This document shows, one piece after another, positions 24,271-37,324 of a stretch of DNA of 64,000 nucleotides. This DNA comes from Felis catus (taxonomy: Eukaryota), in the NCBI RefSeq assembly GCF_018350175.1, contig NC_058373.1:109184001-109248000 (forward strand), read 5' to 3'. The notes under the pieces were generated by a model. The model ran no database searches. It was not told where the DNA came from and saw nothing but the letters and a program-made list of their open reading frames with translations. The position numbers and the translations under genes were made by a program. Position 1 is the first letter of the stretch. Each line of letters starts with the position of its first letter.

Positions 24271-25516
24271 GAATATTATGTAAGATATATTATATAATTT
24301 AATAAGGGGTTAATTTCTAAGATTACATTTTAGAAAGTAAGAGAAAAATAGTATACTGTATGTTTTAGTCACTATGATATCTAATTTCTGGTATTAAAAA
24401 TAGAACTAAGAAACAATGACAATAGTAAAAAGTACAGAGGGGAATTAGTGGATTTGATTTAAAATCCCTTCTATTGCACTAAAAGAAGGAAAAGCTACTC
24501 ACTAATAGTAGACTTTGTTAAACATACATATTAAGATTTCTAGAGAAATCACTAGAAGAGTAGACACGGAGATTATAACTTCCAAAATAGCTGATGGGGG
24601 AAAATTCAATCCAAAAGAAACAGAAAAAAAAAGAGAAAGAAAAAGAAGTAGAAAAATTAGAAATTGAAAGCACAAAGTAAGATTATAGATAGGAATTTTA
24701 AAGTACTGGTAACTAAACCAAATGTAAATGGACTAAAATTTTTAGTTAAGATTGCCAAAGTGGGTTTTTAAAAAATACAACTATGAACTATTTATATGAG
24801 ATTCAAAAGAGAATTAGAACACTATAAGGTTGAAAGTTAAAGGTTAAAAATTATAAATCAGGAAAATATTAATCAAAATAAATCTGATATTAATAATAGA
24901 CAATAGGCCCCATTCAAAAATCATTGTTAGAGATAAATACAAATACTACTAAAGATCAAATAATATGATAATTATCACTAGAGATATTCTAAGTTATTGC
25001 TAGAGATATACTAGTTATATAATAATGTTAACTATACTTGAATTTAAAATTAAATTAAATTTAAAAAAGAAACAGAGATACAAAATATAATAGTTATATA
25101 ATAGACGTTAGATGCATAACAGTGATTTGTAGAATAACTACGTATTGGTCAAAATTTCAACTACCCAGGAAGATATAATTTTAAACTTGAATATACCTCG
25201 TAACATAGTTTCAAAATATATAAAGCAGAAATTGCCAATAGACTGGAGTTAGAAAAATTCACAAAGATGAATGGAGATTTAACACATCTCTCTTAAAAAC
25301 TGATTCATCAAGCAGATGAAAAAATCATTCAAGATGTTGAACAACACAATTCATGAGCCACAAAAACTGGAGATTTAATTCTTCTCAAACATTAAAGGAA
25401 GATGAACAAAAATCAACCATATCAAGACAGTAAAACAAGTCTTGACAAATTTCAAAAACACTGGTACAATGCAGAATATATTTTCCAACTAAAAACACAG
25501 CAGTTAGCACTCAATA

Positions 25517-25842
25517 TCTATAAATACAGAGAACAAACTGAGGGTTGCCGGAAGGGAGGGAGAAGGGGGAATGGGACAGAATGGGTGAAGGGGAGTGGGA
25601 GATACAGGCTTCCAGTTATTGAGTGAAGAAGTCATGAGAGTAAAAGGCACAGCATAGGGAATATAATCAATGATACTGTAATAGTGTTGCACAGTGACAG
25701 ATGGTAGCTACACTTGTGGTGAGCACAACATCATGTATAGAGAGGTTGAGTCACTACGTTGTACACCTGAAACTAATGTAACATTGTGTGTCAACTATAC
25801 TGAAATTTAATTTTTTAATTAATAAATAAAAATAGAAAAAAA
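25517..25842 (+). mobile_element. Carnivore L1 3' UTR (L1_Carn-type)
   Basis: gtgacagatggtagctacacttgtggtgagcac ... gtacacctgaaactaatgtaacattgtgtgtcaactatac. Degenerate TSD tt(a/t)gca(c/g)tcaata. Confidence 0.88.
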
Positions 25843-25977
25843 TTTTGCAGTCAATAGCAAAAAGAAAACAGAAACACTCATGCATTTAGAAATGTTAAAG
25901 TAAGCTTTTAAATAACCTATAGGTAGAGGAGAAAGGAGATATTGAAATCGAAATTAGAAAATATTGAGAACTGAACA

Positions 25978-26651
25978 CCATCTTGTATCTAATCTAAAGC
26001 ATGCAGTTTTTCACATTTTAATATCTCTGAAATCAGAATGTATCTTATGATCAATGATGACTTTCCATTATAGTTCGCCAGATGACATAATTGACATTAC
26101 CTGCACATAATGGATTATTATTCCTGGTGATTTAACAAGAAAATTGCATCCTTCATCTTTCAGTGCACAAAACACTGAGGATCATTTGAGGAAAAAAATA
26201 CAAATTCTGTCTGTTCACCAAAAATGATCCAGTGACATATTTATGGTAACATCAAGAAAGCACCAATATCAAAACCCACGTAATAGCTGTCAACATTTTG
26301 GAGGAAGATCTCAGGGAAAATAGTAAATCACTCTTTAAGGAATGCCTTTGATGGCACAGAGGATGACATAATACAGACAAAAATAAAAGTCTATGACTGA
26401 ACCAATGAATGATTCAGAAGAGCTGGATTCTGAATGTGAAAGAGTTTAATAACTATCTTAACCGATCTAGTTTTATATATTCTTTCATATATATGCACAA
26501 GAGCAACATGGCATAATTATATGTTTTTAAAAGTTTACAGAATCATCTGACAAGTATAAATAAAAATTAAAACTGATGAGAAACCATTATGCTACAATTG
26601 TATTTTTTTAAGTGTTATATAATAATGTTTAGAATAAACAATGAACTATGG
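25978..26651 (+). mobile_element. TcMar-Tc2 DNA transposon relic (Kanga/MER104-like termini)
   Basis: Left end tttttcacattttaatatctctgaaatcagaatgtatctta resembles MER104/Kanga termini, and the right end is atgaactatgg|ta. Internal transposase remnants IIPGDLTRKLHP...EDHLRK (~26115-26197) and WRKISGKIVNHSLRNAFDGTEDDII (~26299-26373). Confidence 0.75.
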
Positions 26652-27604
26652 TACCACAAGTGACAATTGTGTGATAAAGCTAAGAGAAAGTATTGAATAA
26701 TTACAATAAAAAAGATGAAAGCCTGAAAGTAAATGAGCTCAGCATCCAAGTAAAGATGTTTAAGAAAATAAAAGAAAAAAATTTAAATGAAGGAAACAGC
26801 TAAGAGCAAAAACTAATAAAGAAGGAAACAAAAATATGATGGAGAGGGTCAAAAAAAACAAAACTTGGTTCTGTTTTAAAAAAACAAGTATAAAAGTGCC
26901 TAGCAACATTGATCAAAGAAAAAAACAGAAATAAATAATAATAAAGAATAAACATAAATGATGGCACAGCAGACATTAACAACTTTGTGTCAGAGATGAA
27001 AAATGTATGCTAATAAATTTGATAATTTATGTGAGATGAACAAATTTCTACAAAATGTAATTTAACAAAACTTACCAATGTATCAAAACCGACTCAAAAA
27101 GAAAAAAGGAAACCTTTCTTTTGATACTATAAATATTATAAATGACACTGTAAATATTGAAAAATAGAATCAGAATTAAAACCTTAGCACAGTATCACTA
27201 AGTATAGATGGTTTTCCAGGGATGTTCTATGAAACAGTCAAGAAAGATTGATTCAGTCTTACATCAACTCCTTCAGAATTCGGAAAAATTCGGAAAAGTG
27301 CTCTTCCTTCTGAAGCTAGTTTATCTTGATACCCACTGCCATCTCACTTATGAGTACAGATGCAAAATTCTCAGTAAGAGTTTTGGATTGTAAAGGACCA
27401 CGGTGACATCTCAAGTATTGGTAGAATTTTTCCTTTTTTCTTTAAACTGAGTGGTATGTATATTTTGCTGTATTGAAACTGTACATATATTTGATAGACG
27501 CTCTTTACATGTATGATGTATCACATGACAAAAACAATTTTAACAAATAAAAGATACTTGTAATTCCTGCCCTCATCAAAATGCATACTTTTAAAATATA
27601 TATA

Positions 27605-27845
27605 GGGGCGCCTGGGTGGTGCAGTAGGTTAAGCGTCCGACTTCAGCCAGGTCACGATCTCGCAGTCCGTGAGTTCAAGCCCCGCGTCAGGCTCTGGGCT
27701 GATGGCTCAGAGCCTGGAGCCTGTTTCCGATTCTGTGTCTCCCTCTCTCTCTGCCCCTCCCCCGTTCATGCTCTGTCTCTCTCTGTCCCAAAAATAAATA
27801 AAAAACGTTGAAAAAAAAATTTTTTTTAATAAAATAAAATAAAAT
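27605..27845 (+). mobile_element. Young felid SINE (SINEC_Fc)
   Basis: CpG-rich, with features I recall as diagnostic (cttcagccaggtcacgatctcgc, gctctgggctgatggctc, ctgtttccgattc, tgtcccaaaaataaataaaaaacgttg). TSD aaatata(t/a)atag. Confidence 0.96.
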
Positions 27846-27931
27846 AAATATAAATAGGTGCTTATTTTATAATCCACATGCAACTTTTTTTTATTGTGGG
27901 AAGAACACTTAACACTACCCTCTTGACAGAT

Positions 27932-28147
27932 AAAAAAAAACATTTTTTTAATGTTTATTTGTTTTTGACAGAGAGACAGAGCATGAGTGGGGGAGGGGCA
28001 GAAAGAGAGGGAGACAGAATCCCAAAGCAGGATCCAGGCTCTGAGCTGTCAGCACAGAGCCCGACGCGGGGCTTGAACTCACGGACCGCGAGATCACGAC
28101 TTGAGCGGAAGTCGGACGTTCAACCGACTGAGCCACCCAGGTGCCCC
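27932..28147 (-). mobile_element. Young CanSINE inserted in an L1MA 3' fragment (~27885-28245, minus)
   Basis: Perfect TSD ctcttgacagat at 27920-27931 and 28149-28160. CpG-rich. Confidence 0.96.
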
Positions 28148-28588
28148 GCTCTTGACAGATTTTTAAGTATAAAACATAGTACTGTCATCTTTAGCACAAA
28201 GCTGTGCAGCATATCTACAGAATGTTCATTTTGCGTAACTGAATCTTGCCCAACAAAATGGGTATAAAGTTTCATGACACTTTTTTTACTTGCACATTTA
28301 TCTCCCCACTCTCGGAAACTTTGACTTAGCAGCAAAGTAGGTTGGCTCTGACAGAGGGAGTATGGTATGTTTTTTCAGAACTCAATTTTGTATGCATATA
28401 TATGCATAAATATGTATGTATAAATAATAGTCTAAGTCTAGAGCTCCAGCCACATAAAAACTAAAACCACATTAAGTCTCTCATTCACATTAGTTTTATC
28501 TTACTTCAATAAATATTTTTCAGGCAAGATTCATGATATAAATAAAAACATTTGTCTCTATAAGTTGGTATATTTTGGTCTCTCTCTT

Positions 28589-28652
28589 CATATATATATA
28601 CATATATGTACATATGTGTATGTATATATATGTGTGTGTGTGTGTGTGTGTA
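28589..28652. repeat. (TA)n/(TG)n microsatellite
   Basis: Directly visible. Confidence 0.93.
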
Positions 28653-28794
28653 TTTCTATACATATTATGGTAGTCTTGATTTTTAAACATATTATTTTAT
28701 AGATGCTATGATTGAACAAAACCAATCTTTCTCATGTCCAGGAAATAAAATTCAGCCTTAAATTAAAAAAAAAAAAAACACCCACCAATTTTGT

Positions 28795-29025
28795 AGTCAG
28801 AGAAATCTGGCTTTAAATCCTGACTCTGCCACCATTTAGCTGTAGGACTTCAGACAAATCATGTCATTTTGTCCTTGCTCCAATTTTCTCATCTGAAAAA
28901 TTGTGGGTAATAATATCTATCTCATAAGACTGTTATAAATACATTTATGAAAATTGTATGATTTTTCATAAATTTTGAAAATTACAAACAGTGTCAGACC
29001 CATAATTAGGGCATAATAAATAGTT
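28795..29025 (+). mobile_element. MIR relic
   Basis: aaatcctgactctgccaccatttagctgt ... ttttctcatctgaaaaat. Confidence 0.75.
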
Positions 29026-32000
29026 GTGGGTAAGAGCAGGATATTGTAGTCCTCTGATTATATTCCTAATGAACGAATAGACCTCCCTTCTTCATACCAC
29101 CCTCGTGTTCCTGTTGACAGATGGAGTCCTCGAACCACCACCAGCACCTCCCACACCCACACACTCCTACACTACCACAGCTTAGGCAGACGCTGGTCTC
29201 CATTCTGCTAAAACTCTTGTCAGGATGAGAATGCGGCAAGTATTTATTATAAAGATTAGGTTTCTCCTGGGGGGATAAGGAAGGGGACCCAACTCAGAGT
29301 CTGTCCCTTTAGAAATGAGGAGGGAGCACTCTTCTAAGATTGGGGAAAAGATGGGCTGAAAGGCAGACAGTTAAAGTGAATACAGAAGTCTGGGTACCAT
29401 CAAGCTTGTTACTTAGTATCTCTGGACCTCAGTTTCATTGAAAAAAAGTTGGGTCAGACAACACGTATGGTCCTGTTCAGTGCTAGCACTCTATCAGCCG
29501 TGTAGGATGATGTGTCACAGCAAGCTTAGAAAAAAAAAAAAAAGGAAGTGGTAGGGATTGTGCCAGGGGTTCAGTGATAAATAAATAAGAAGATTATTCC
29601 ACAATGACAAAGATGAAACTAGACTGCATCATTCAAATGGCCCGAGGAAGCAGCTAGAAAAATAATGAATAAATTGATGGATGGTTGGCTTCATTGTTGA
29701 GGCTACCAAAGTTACACAGAATGCCTGATTACTAATGCTATTGTAAATACTTTAATACTAAAAGTTGATCTGATATCATATGTAAATAATTTCATTATGT
29801 TATCAATCATATTTGTTTATTTTTCAGAAAATGTTGATTGTGAGATCATAGATCAAATGAAAAATATCATTCTTTTATCAGTTTCTTAATGAACAAGAAC
29901 AGTTTTGTGAAATTAAGAGGGCATAGGGGCATGGTTTTGCAACATGTCAGAAATGAGGGCATCCCTATAAGAGTACCCCAAGACTATTCCCTGATGAGTT
30001 CATTACAAATACAACTCCCTCAGAAATGCACATCATCTTCATCAATAATGCAAGTAAATCAAAAAGTAATTATTTCCACATTGGCATACAAATAATTTTA
30101 GTCTAAGTAATCTCTTTATACATCAAGAGTGAAATTACTAGAATATTTTCTCTTAATTGCTATATATGTTTTTCCTTCATTGGCATGAATCTGCTGTTTT
30201 ATACAACTGAAGGGTCTCCACACTGAATTCAGTCATATTATCTCACTCTTATGCTATTATTATAGACACAAAAGCAGATGAAACCAACTTAGAAGCAGCC
30301 TACTTAATTCATCTGGAGGGTGTATTATGTTTGATTCTTCCCATCCAACCAGAGAGATACTCACATCTTCAGTAAAATGTCATCCACACATATATCCCCA
30401 CCCCTATCCCCCATGGTCCTCCATGGTTTCCTCATAAACCACACCTTCTCTGATCTAGAGATGCTGCCTTGGGTCACTTCACACACACACGTATACACAC
30501 ATATACATACATACTTCACAGAAATTAAGCCCTCATCAAAGGTGCAAAATCATTTTTCTTTTAGACATGTTTATAACTTCTCATAGTTTTCACCAATGAT
30601 ATACTGAGGCTTAAGTGGTTGCTAAAGATAACCACCAGCCTTTGATAAAAATTAAAAGTGCTGAATTCCAACTTGGATATACTTCTCAATTCATTTTCCC
30701 CCACCACAAGCCAAATGGGGGTCTTACATCTGAAATTTGATTGTCTGACTTCCACCAAGCCTACCATCAATAGTAATCATCAGCTGACATGTTCAAGCTT
30801 TGCTTTCCAGGAAAAAAGAAAAAGAAGGTCCAAAGAAAACAGAGCTTAGATTGTGATGTAAAGAACATTCATTTATAAAGTTTAAGGCTTACCCCACCAC
30901 TGATCTAGATGTGTTTCTGAGTATCAGTATATTTCTTCGTTCACAGAATCAAAGAGCTGGAGGAGTCACTGAGAAGTCATCAAGCCAATCAGTGGGATCA
31001 GATGGAACTGTACCCAAACTAGGTTAAGAAAAAAAAATCGATCTCCTTTCTGGTGAGGTCCCAATAAGTAACCACAACTTCCAATTACCCTATCTCCAAA
31101 TCTCAAAACCTCACCCGTTCCTCAGATCTTTCTGGATACAATTAAGTCTCTTTTGTTTTGTTTTAGCTTTGGTAACATTTGCATAATAACCCTAATACCA
31201 AAAATTATTCGTGAATATAGAAAATAAAGAGGTATAGAGAATAAGTCTATAGAAGGTGAGAATTACAACGTCTGCCGTGAAAGTCCCCACCATCCTGGAC
31301 TTGATTTCACAATGACTGCACAATGAAAGTTTGGATCTTTCTATCTTATTTTCCCCTTCCTTGCTAAGATCTCTTTTCCTCCCTTCCCCTGCATTTTGGG
31401 GGAAAAACAAAAGATGACAGATGTTAGGTAAGAGTCCTGGATTTTCCCAACAAAGAGGAAGTTGTGAAATCATGAAGTTGCCAAAGGATAGAAAATTATT
31501 CTGTGATGTGTGTTCATGGGCTGTGAAAATCCCCATCACCCTTACCACTCTCCAGTAAATGAATGCCAACTTCCTCAGCGAACCCAATGTCCACAGAGGG
31601 GAGTGAAGAAGTGTTGTGCAGCCAGCACACCCTCCAGGGTGAGCCAAGACATCTAGTTCCCTCAGGTCTTTCATCTCATATCCACTCGCCGTATCACAAG
31701 GCCCCCACAGAATGCCTTTCTTCCTTCCTTCCTTCCTTTTTTCTTTCAGAGTGCTTTTAAATAGGCTTTCAATGGCATACTAAAAGAGAAATGTGTTCAC
31801 TAACAGTCACTGAGATGGGCCTAAACCAAGGCTGGAGCCAGGCCATTTCTCATCCATCTGCCACCCACCCAGAATGTGATGGTGTTGCCACCTACCCATT
31901 GTTCTGCCTCTTCCATATGGTTGGAAGGTTGCCTTCCTTACTCAAAAAGGTAACACACCTACTATAAAACTTCTACGTGACAAATCGCTTCACAGACAAC

Positions 32001-32084
32001 AGCTACAGTTTTATTCAACTTCACGGTGTGTTTGCTTTTTTTTTTTTTTCCAAATTTTCCCCAGTATTTTAATGTCTTGACTAC

Positions 32085-32390
32085 ATTCATTCATTCATTC
32101 GTTGTCTCATTCATTTACTGAGCATCTAATAAGTGTCAGACATCATACTAGGTTCTTGTTAGGAAACGGGGAGCAAATGTGCACATTCCCTGTGTTCAGG
32201 GAAGCTTACAGTCTATCTAGTGGAAAAGATTAAATTAAAAAATTACAAACGGCCTTTGTATGGGGAGGTGTGTCACACAGACAGACAGACAGACACATAC
32301 TTGGTGTTGGGAGTTTATTAAAGGCTGAGATTACCTACATTGGAAGGTCAGAGAAGACTTCTAGTGAAACAGTGATCAAGCTGCAATGTA
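32085..32390 (-). mobile_element. L2 3' region relic
   Basis: cattcattcattc ... tttactgagcatcta ... gaagcttacagtcta. Confidence 0.65.
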
Positions 32391-32514
32391 GAGGAAACAG
32401 AAGCTCATTCTATAACAAAGCCACTTTCTTCTCTTTTACACAAATACATATTTCACTTGAGTCAACATTGTTCATAATTTCTATTAAGAATGAGAATAAT
32501 CCATCCTCTCTCTT

Positions 32515-32743
32515 ATTTATTATTTTTTTAATTTTTAATGTCTATTTATTTTTGAGACAGAGAGAGAGAGACAGAGTGCAAGCAGGGGAGGGGAAGAAAG
32601 AGAGTGAGAGACAGAATCTGAAAGCAGGTTCCAAGGTCTGAGCTGTCAGCACAGAGCCTGATGCAGGGCTCGAACCCACCAACAGTGAGATCATGACCTA
32701 AGCTGAAGTGAGACACTTAACCAGCTGAGCCACCCAGGCTCCC
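32515..32743 (-). mobile_element. CanSINE
   Basis: TSD ccatcctctct at 32501 and 32744. Confidence 0.95.
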
Positions 32744-32918
32744 CCATCCTCTCTTTTAAAGAAAAGGTTGGATACTGAAAATATAAGACGTGTCTAGCTC
32801 TCTGTTAAACAATTAACAGAACACCGCTAGTCTTTTCCCCTTTGCTTTCCAATTGAAATTGTTAAACTCATAAAGTTTAAATAAACAGACCACCATTCAC
32901 ATATAAAAGTCATATTGT

Positions 32919-33057
32919 GGGGCACCTGGGTGGCTCAGTCAATTAAGCAGCTGACTTCAGCTGAGGCCATGATCTCACAGTTCATGGGTTCGAGCCCTGT
33001 GTTGGGCTTGTGCTGACACCTCAGAGCCTGGAGCCTGCTTCAGATTCTGTGTCTTGC

Positions 33058-33101
<44 letters not shown>

Positions 33102-33150
33102 CCTCCCCTGTTTGTGCTCTCTCTCTCTCAAAAAAAAAAAAAACAATGGC
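32919..33150 (+). mobile_element. CanSINE with expanded (CT)n
   Basis: Degenerate TSD aaagtcatattgt / aaaggcatgttgt. Confidence 0.95.
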
Positions 33151-33794
33151 AAAGGCATGTTGTTCACCCACCATCTAATTCGTAGGATACAAATGAGAAA
33201 GTCTGGGTTTTTTTTTCTTTAATATCAAGACTTCTTTTTCTGGTCTCATTTTCTGTGACATCCATGTAGTTTCTCATTCCATTTTCCCCATGAAAGCACA
33301 TGAAAGGTACATGTTTGCAAAGACAGTTTACTGGATTGAACAGGGAATGAGAATCCAACTCAGTTCAAATTATTTTCTAACACCTTACCTAAGGGGTCTC
33401 AAAAACAAAAACTATGTCCTTCATTGGACAACTTACAATATCATCTCAATTTTTCCTGGATATTTTGTGAAGATACTGCTTGGCATCTTCAAGCCCCAAT
33501 GTTTTTTCTTAATCTTACAATCCAAACCCCTTCCTGTAATTCTGACTACAATTTCCCACGTGTATAAAGCCTCTCAGGGTCATCCTAGATAAAAAGAGTT
33601 TTCTCTTTAATTATTTAATTCTACTGCCCTGCTTTTTGTGAGCATAACCTCCAGCATGTTGGTTTGGATACACTGTCTCAGGGAAACTGGGAAGATTAAT
33701 CAGGCTTAGTGACAAAGATCCTATGTTTCTCATCTATATGAAAACATAAAATATGGCCCAGTCATACCTGGAGTGTTTCAGGAGTGATTATAAG

Positions 33795-33920
33795 GAAGCA
33801 ACATAGATCTTGTCCATTACTCCCCCTTGTTTATGAGGCCTGTCACTCTATCAGAGAAGAAAATGAAATAAGTCTGCCATGATTTGTCTTCACAGTGCCA
33901 GGCTGACTGTTTCCTAGTTT
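33795..33920 (-). mobile_element. CR1/L3 LINE reverse-transcriptase relic
   Basis: Minus-strand translation with a frameshift gives LGNSQPG.../KSWQTYFIFFSDRVTGLINKG.../MDKIY, resembling CR1 RT SQHGF.KGKSC.TNLISFFDRVT.LVD.G...DVIYLDF. Confidence 0.65.
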
Positions 33921-34639
33921 ATCATACATTTTTTATTCACTCCCACATGATAGTCTCATTGACAGTTTCGTGCCAGTCTTAAGGAAAGGGCAACTCCCAA
34001 GGTTATGTAAAAAGGGGCCTGGAGTCCAAGGGGATTCATATCCAGGACACGAAATCAAGAAGCTGCAATCCGGGAACGCCTGCAGGGTTGAAAAACTGGG
34101 AACCATACCTAAACTAAGAGTTTGAGTAACAATTATCAGAAATTAAAAGCAAATAGAACCTTAATACTAAGGGACATCTTTTTGTCGTTCCCTGATCATT
34201 TGTTTATTTTCTGTAAAACAGGGAGAGGTTCCCAAGCTTGGGTTTCCTGGCTGGAGTGTCAAATGACAGGCACAAAGTAGAGCCATCTGAAACTTGCTCT
34301 GGGCCCGTGCCCTACTTAATAGCACATAAATAACTCAGCAATCAACTCATAATCAATGCTCTCCTGCTATTAAATTTCCATGAGGGCATTGTGCAAGATG
34401 GAAGTCGTCTACCACAATGCTATCTTCAAAGTACTGGAGATATGTTCTTAGAAATCCCAACGATATTCTCAATACTCCATTATGAAAATATCACCCAAGA
34501 CCTTTATATAAACAATTTTCAAACATAGTTATGTATACAAACTAAACAAACTCTTGGGGGTAATATATTCAATATGTTCGTAACTTAGTTTGTATAAAAG
34601 TATCGTATATCACTTTGTCTGACCTAAAAAGAGAAAAGA

Positions 34640-34830
34640 AACCATAAGCATCAAGTATGTAGTAATACAGGTTGTTTGTCATTCTTCAGTTCATTTCACC
34701 TTCACAAGACTGCTATGACATCCATTTCACAGGTTACGAAACTGAAGCTCAGTGAGGTCAACTACTCAGTTAGTAGTCAGGGGAGCAGAGATAAACAGAG
34801 ATTTAACAGACAAGTTTCACCTCCAAATAT
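34640..34830 (-). mobile_element. MIR relic
   Basis: ccatttcacaggttacgaaactgaagctcagtgaggtcaa core. Confidence 0.65.
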
Positions 34831-35996
34831 CTGCCTGCCTCCTGTTCACACACCTGTCTCCTGAGTTCCTGGTCAAGATGGTGGCCTTAGAACATGCTGT
34901 GGTCTCTCCTTCTCACTCCAAATTCCTAGAAATTACAAAATGGCTTACTGAAACTTAAATGAGGAACCCTCAGCAAACCCTAGATTCAAGGAAATTCTTA
35001 GGAACTCTGCAAGATGGGACACAGCATATATACAAAGAAGGAAAACAAAGCTCTAACATCCAGACAAATGGATTGGAACTCAACAGCTATAAATAAGAAG
35101 TGATTGCTAATGATGGCAACAACAGCATGAGACAAATTCTAGATGATACCAACATGATAATCAACAGGGCAGGGAAGAAAAAGAGAAAAGTGAAAGAATT
35201 CTGGAGTTCTTTCCTTGGACAAGATGGAATAACAGTAATTTTTAGCCATGTTAAAAAAATATACATATATATTAAAATATGTGTATCAAACATATATATA
35301 TATATATTTGAAATGTACTCTTTCAAAATACAAAATTTTAGATTTAAAATGTACGTAATTTATGGTGTGCCAATGTTCAATAAAACCATTTGTAAAGGGT
35401 CAAGTATGTGCATTAAGATTTAGAATGCCAACCGAAGGATTGTTTCACTTCCAAATCATTAAAGGGGAAGTAAATAAACAACTATAACTATACCACTGAA
35501 CACTACAAGATAGTCAATTCCATGAGAGGCAGAAAAGGAGGTGGGGAAAGAGAAGAAGCATGGTAAACATACATTAATTCCTACAAAGCAAAATTCAAAT
35601 TAAACATAACTATATTAAGCTCAAAGAGCAAAGCAAAAATTTTAACTGGGAAATAAAACAATTTTAAATAACTCACACATTAAGGAATAAATTTCCAGAC
35701 AAATTGGAAACAGGAAATATAACAATAATGAAAGTACTGAATATCAATATCTGTGGGCGATGCCCGAGGATATTCTCAGAGGGAATTTTCAGCAACAGGT
35801 ATGTTTAATAGAAAATAAAAATATTAAAATAAATTAAATTAAACTGAAATAGTAATCAGTATGATCTACCTCCAATCTTAGTTTTCCATATAAAAACAAA
35901 AAACTTCAAAGAAAAGGCAAAGAGTAAAATTTTAAATTAATAAACTAAATTAATAAGTGAAATTAAATAATAAACTAAATGAAAAGTTTGATATCA

Positions 35997-36208
35997 GGGG
36001 GTGCCTGGGTGACTCAGTCGGTTAAGCATCCAACACTTGATTTTGGCTCAGGGCATGATCTCACGGTTTGTGGTATTGAGCCCACATTGAGCTCTGCACT
36101 AACAGCGCAGAACCTGCTTGGAATTCTCTCTCTCCCTCTCTCTCTGCTCCTCCCCTGCTCCATCTCTCTGTCTCTCTCTCTCAAATAAATAAATAAACTT
36201 TAAAAAAA
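35997..36208 (+). mobile_element. CanSINE
   Basis: gggggtgcctgggtgactcagtcggttaag head, CT tract, A tail. Confidence 0.95.
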
Positions 36209-36242
36209 TTGTATTAATATACAAATAAATAAAATAAAATCA

Positions 36243-36796
36243 TACACCTCTCCAGAAAATAGTTTGGTAGTTTCTTATAAAACTAAACACACAATTACCA
36301 TAAGACCCGGAAACTGCACTCTGGTGCATTTATCCTAAAGAAATGAAAATGTATGTTCACACAAAACGTTGTCAACAAGTGTACATAGCAGCTTATTCAC
36401 ATTTGCCAAAAAACTGAAAACATTCCAGATGTCTGTTTATATACATACTATTTACTACTGCTCAGCAATTAAAAGGAAGGGATTATTGACACACACAACA
36501 ATTTGGGTGAATCTCCAGGAAATTACGCTCCATGAAATGTCAATGCCAAAAGATTATATAGTGTATGTTTCCATTTATATACCTTTTTGAAATGAAAAAT
36601 TCTTAGAAATGGAAAGCAGATTAGTGATTGCCAGTGGATTAGAATGGGGAAGTGTATGTGTATAGGAGGGAGTTGGAGGGAGGCACGTGTACATATGAAA
36701 GGGCAATAGGAGAGATTACTATGGTGATGGAACTCTTTAGTATCTTGACTGCGGCATTGTAAACACAAATCTGGCCATGTGATAAAATTGTATAGA

Positions 36797-36845
<49 letters not shown>

Positions 36846-37035
36846 AGTACAAGCAAAACTGAGGAAACTTGAGTAAGATGAGTGGATTGCATCAATGTCA
36901 GAATACTGGTTGTGGTATTATACTCAAGCTTTGCAAAATAGTACAACCATCGGAGAAGCTGAGTAAAGGACATATGGGATCTCTTTGTATTATTTCATAT
37001 GACTTCATGTTAACCTATAATTATCAAGATTTTAA
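36243..37035 (+). mobile_element. L1MC/L1MD-type 3' end with internal (CA)n at 36798-36843
   Basis: gtttggtagtttcttataaaactaaaca ... atgagtacaagcaaaactgagg ... gattgcatcaatgtca. Confidence 0.82.
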
Positions 37036-37324
37036 AAATTAACAGAGACAAACTTTTAGCAAGTATAATCTGAGACAAGGCACAAGTCAACAATAAAAAA
37101 AAAAGAAAAGAAACTGAAAAATAGTATTATAAGGCAATAGTATGAACAACTGTCAATAAATATGAAACCTAGTTAAAATGACAAGTTTTCTAGGAAGAAG
37201 TAAGTTATCTCATGAAAAAGTTAAAAGTCTGAATGAATCAATAATACAGAAGAGATTCAAACAGCAATCAATCCAATCTATCTCCTATCTCTATGACACC
37301 CAATTCCTCCATGCAAAAAAGTTA

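Larger units (their letters stand above)
24300..27550 (+). mobile_element. Old, internally deleted L1M/L1ME with nested insertions
   Basis: Degraded ORF2 endonuclease motifs (aatgtaaatggactaaa, ggagatttaacacatctct) and later ORF2/3' motifs. Confidence 0.7.

Noticed and set aside
27581..28335. Recurrent ORFs with MAQSVK...AQVMIS...SSSPASGSVLTAQS motifs across the window
   Set aside because: Translations of CanSINE copies, not a gene family.
31192..31674. Longest ORF in the window (160 aa, minus)
   Set aside because: No recognisable domain and no convincing exon structure. Treated as a chance ORF.
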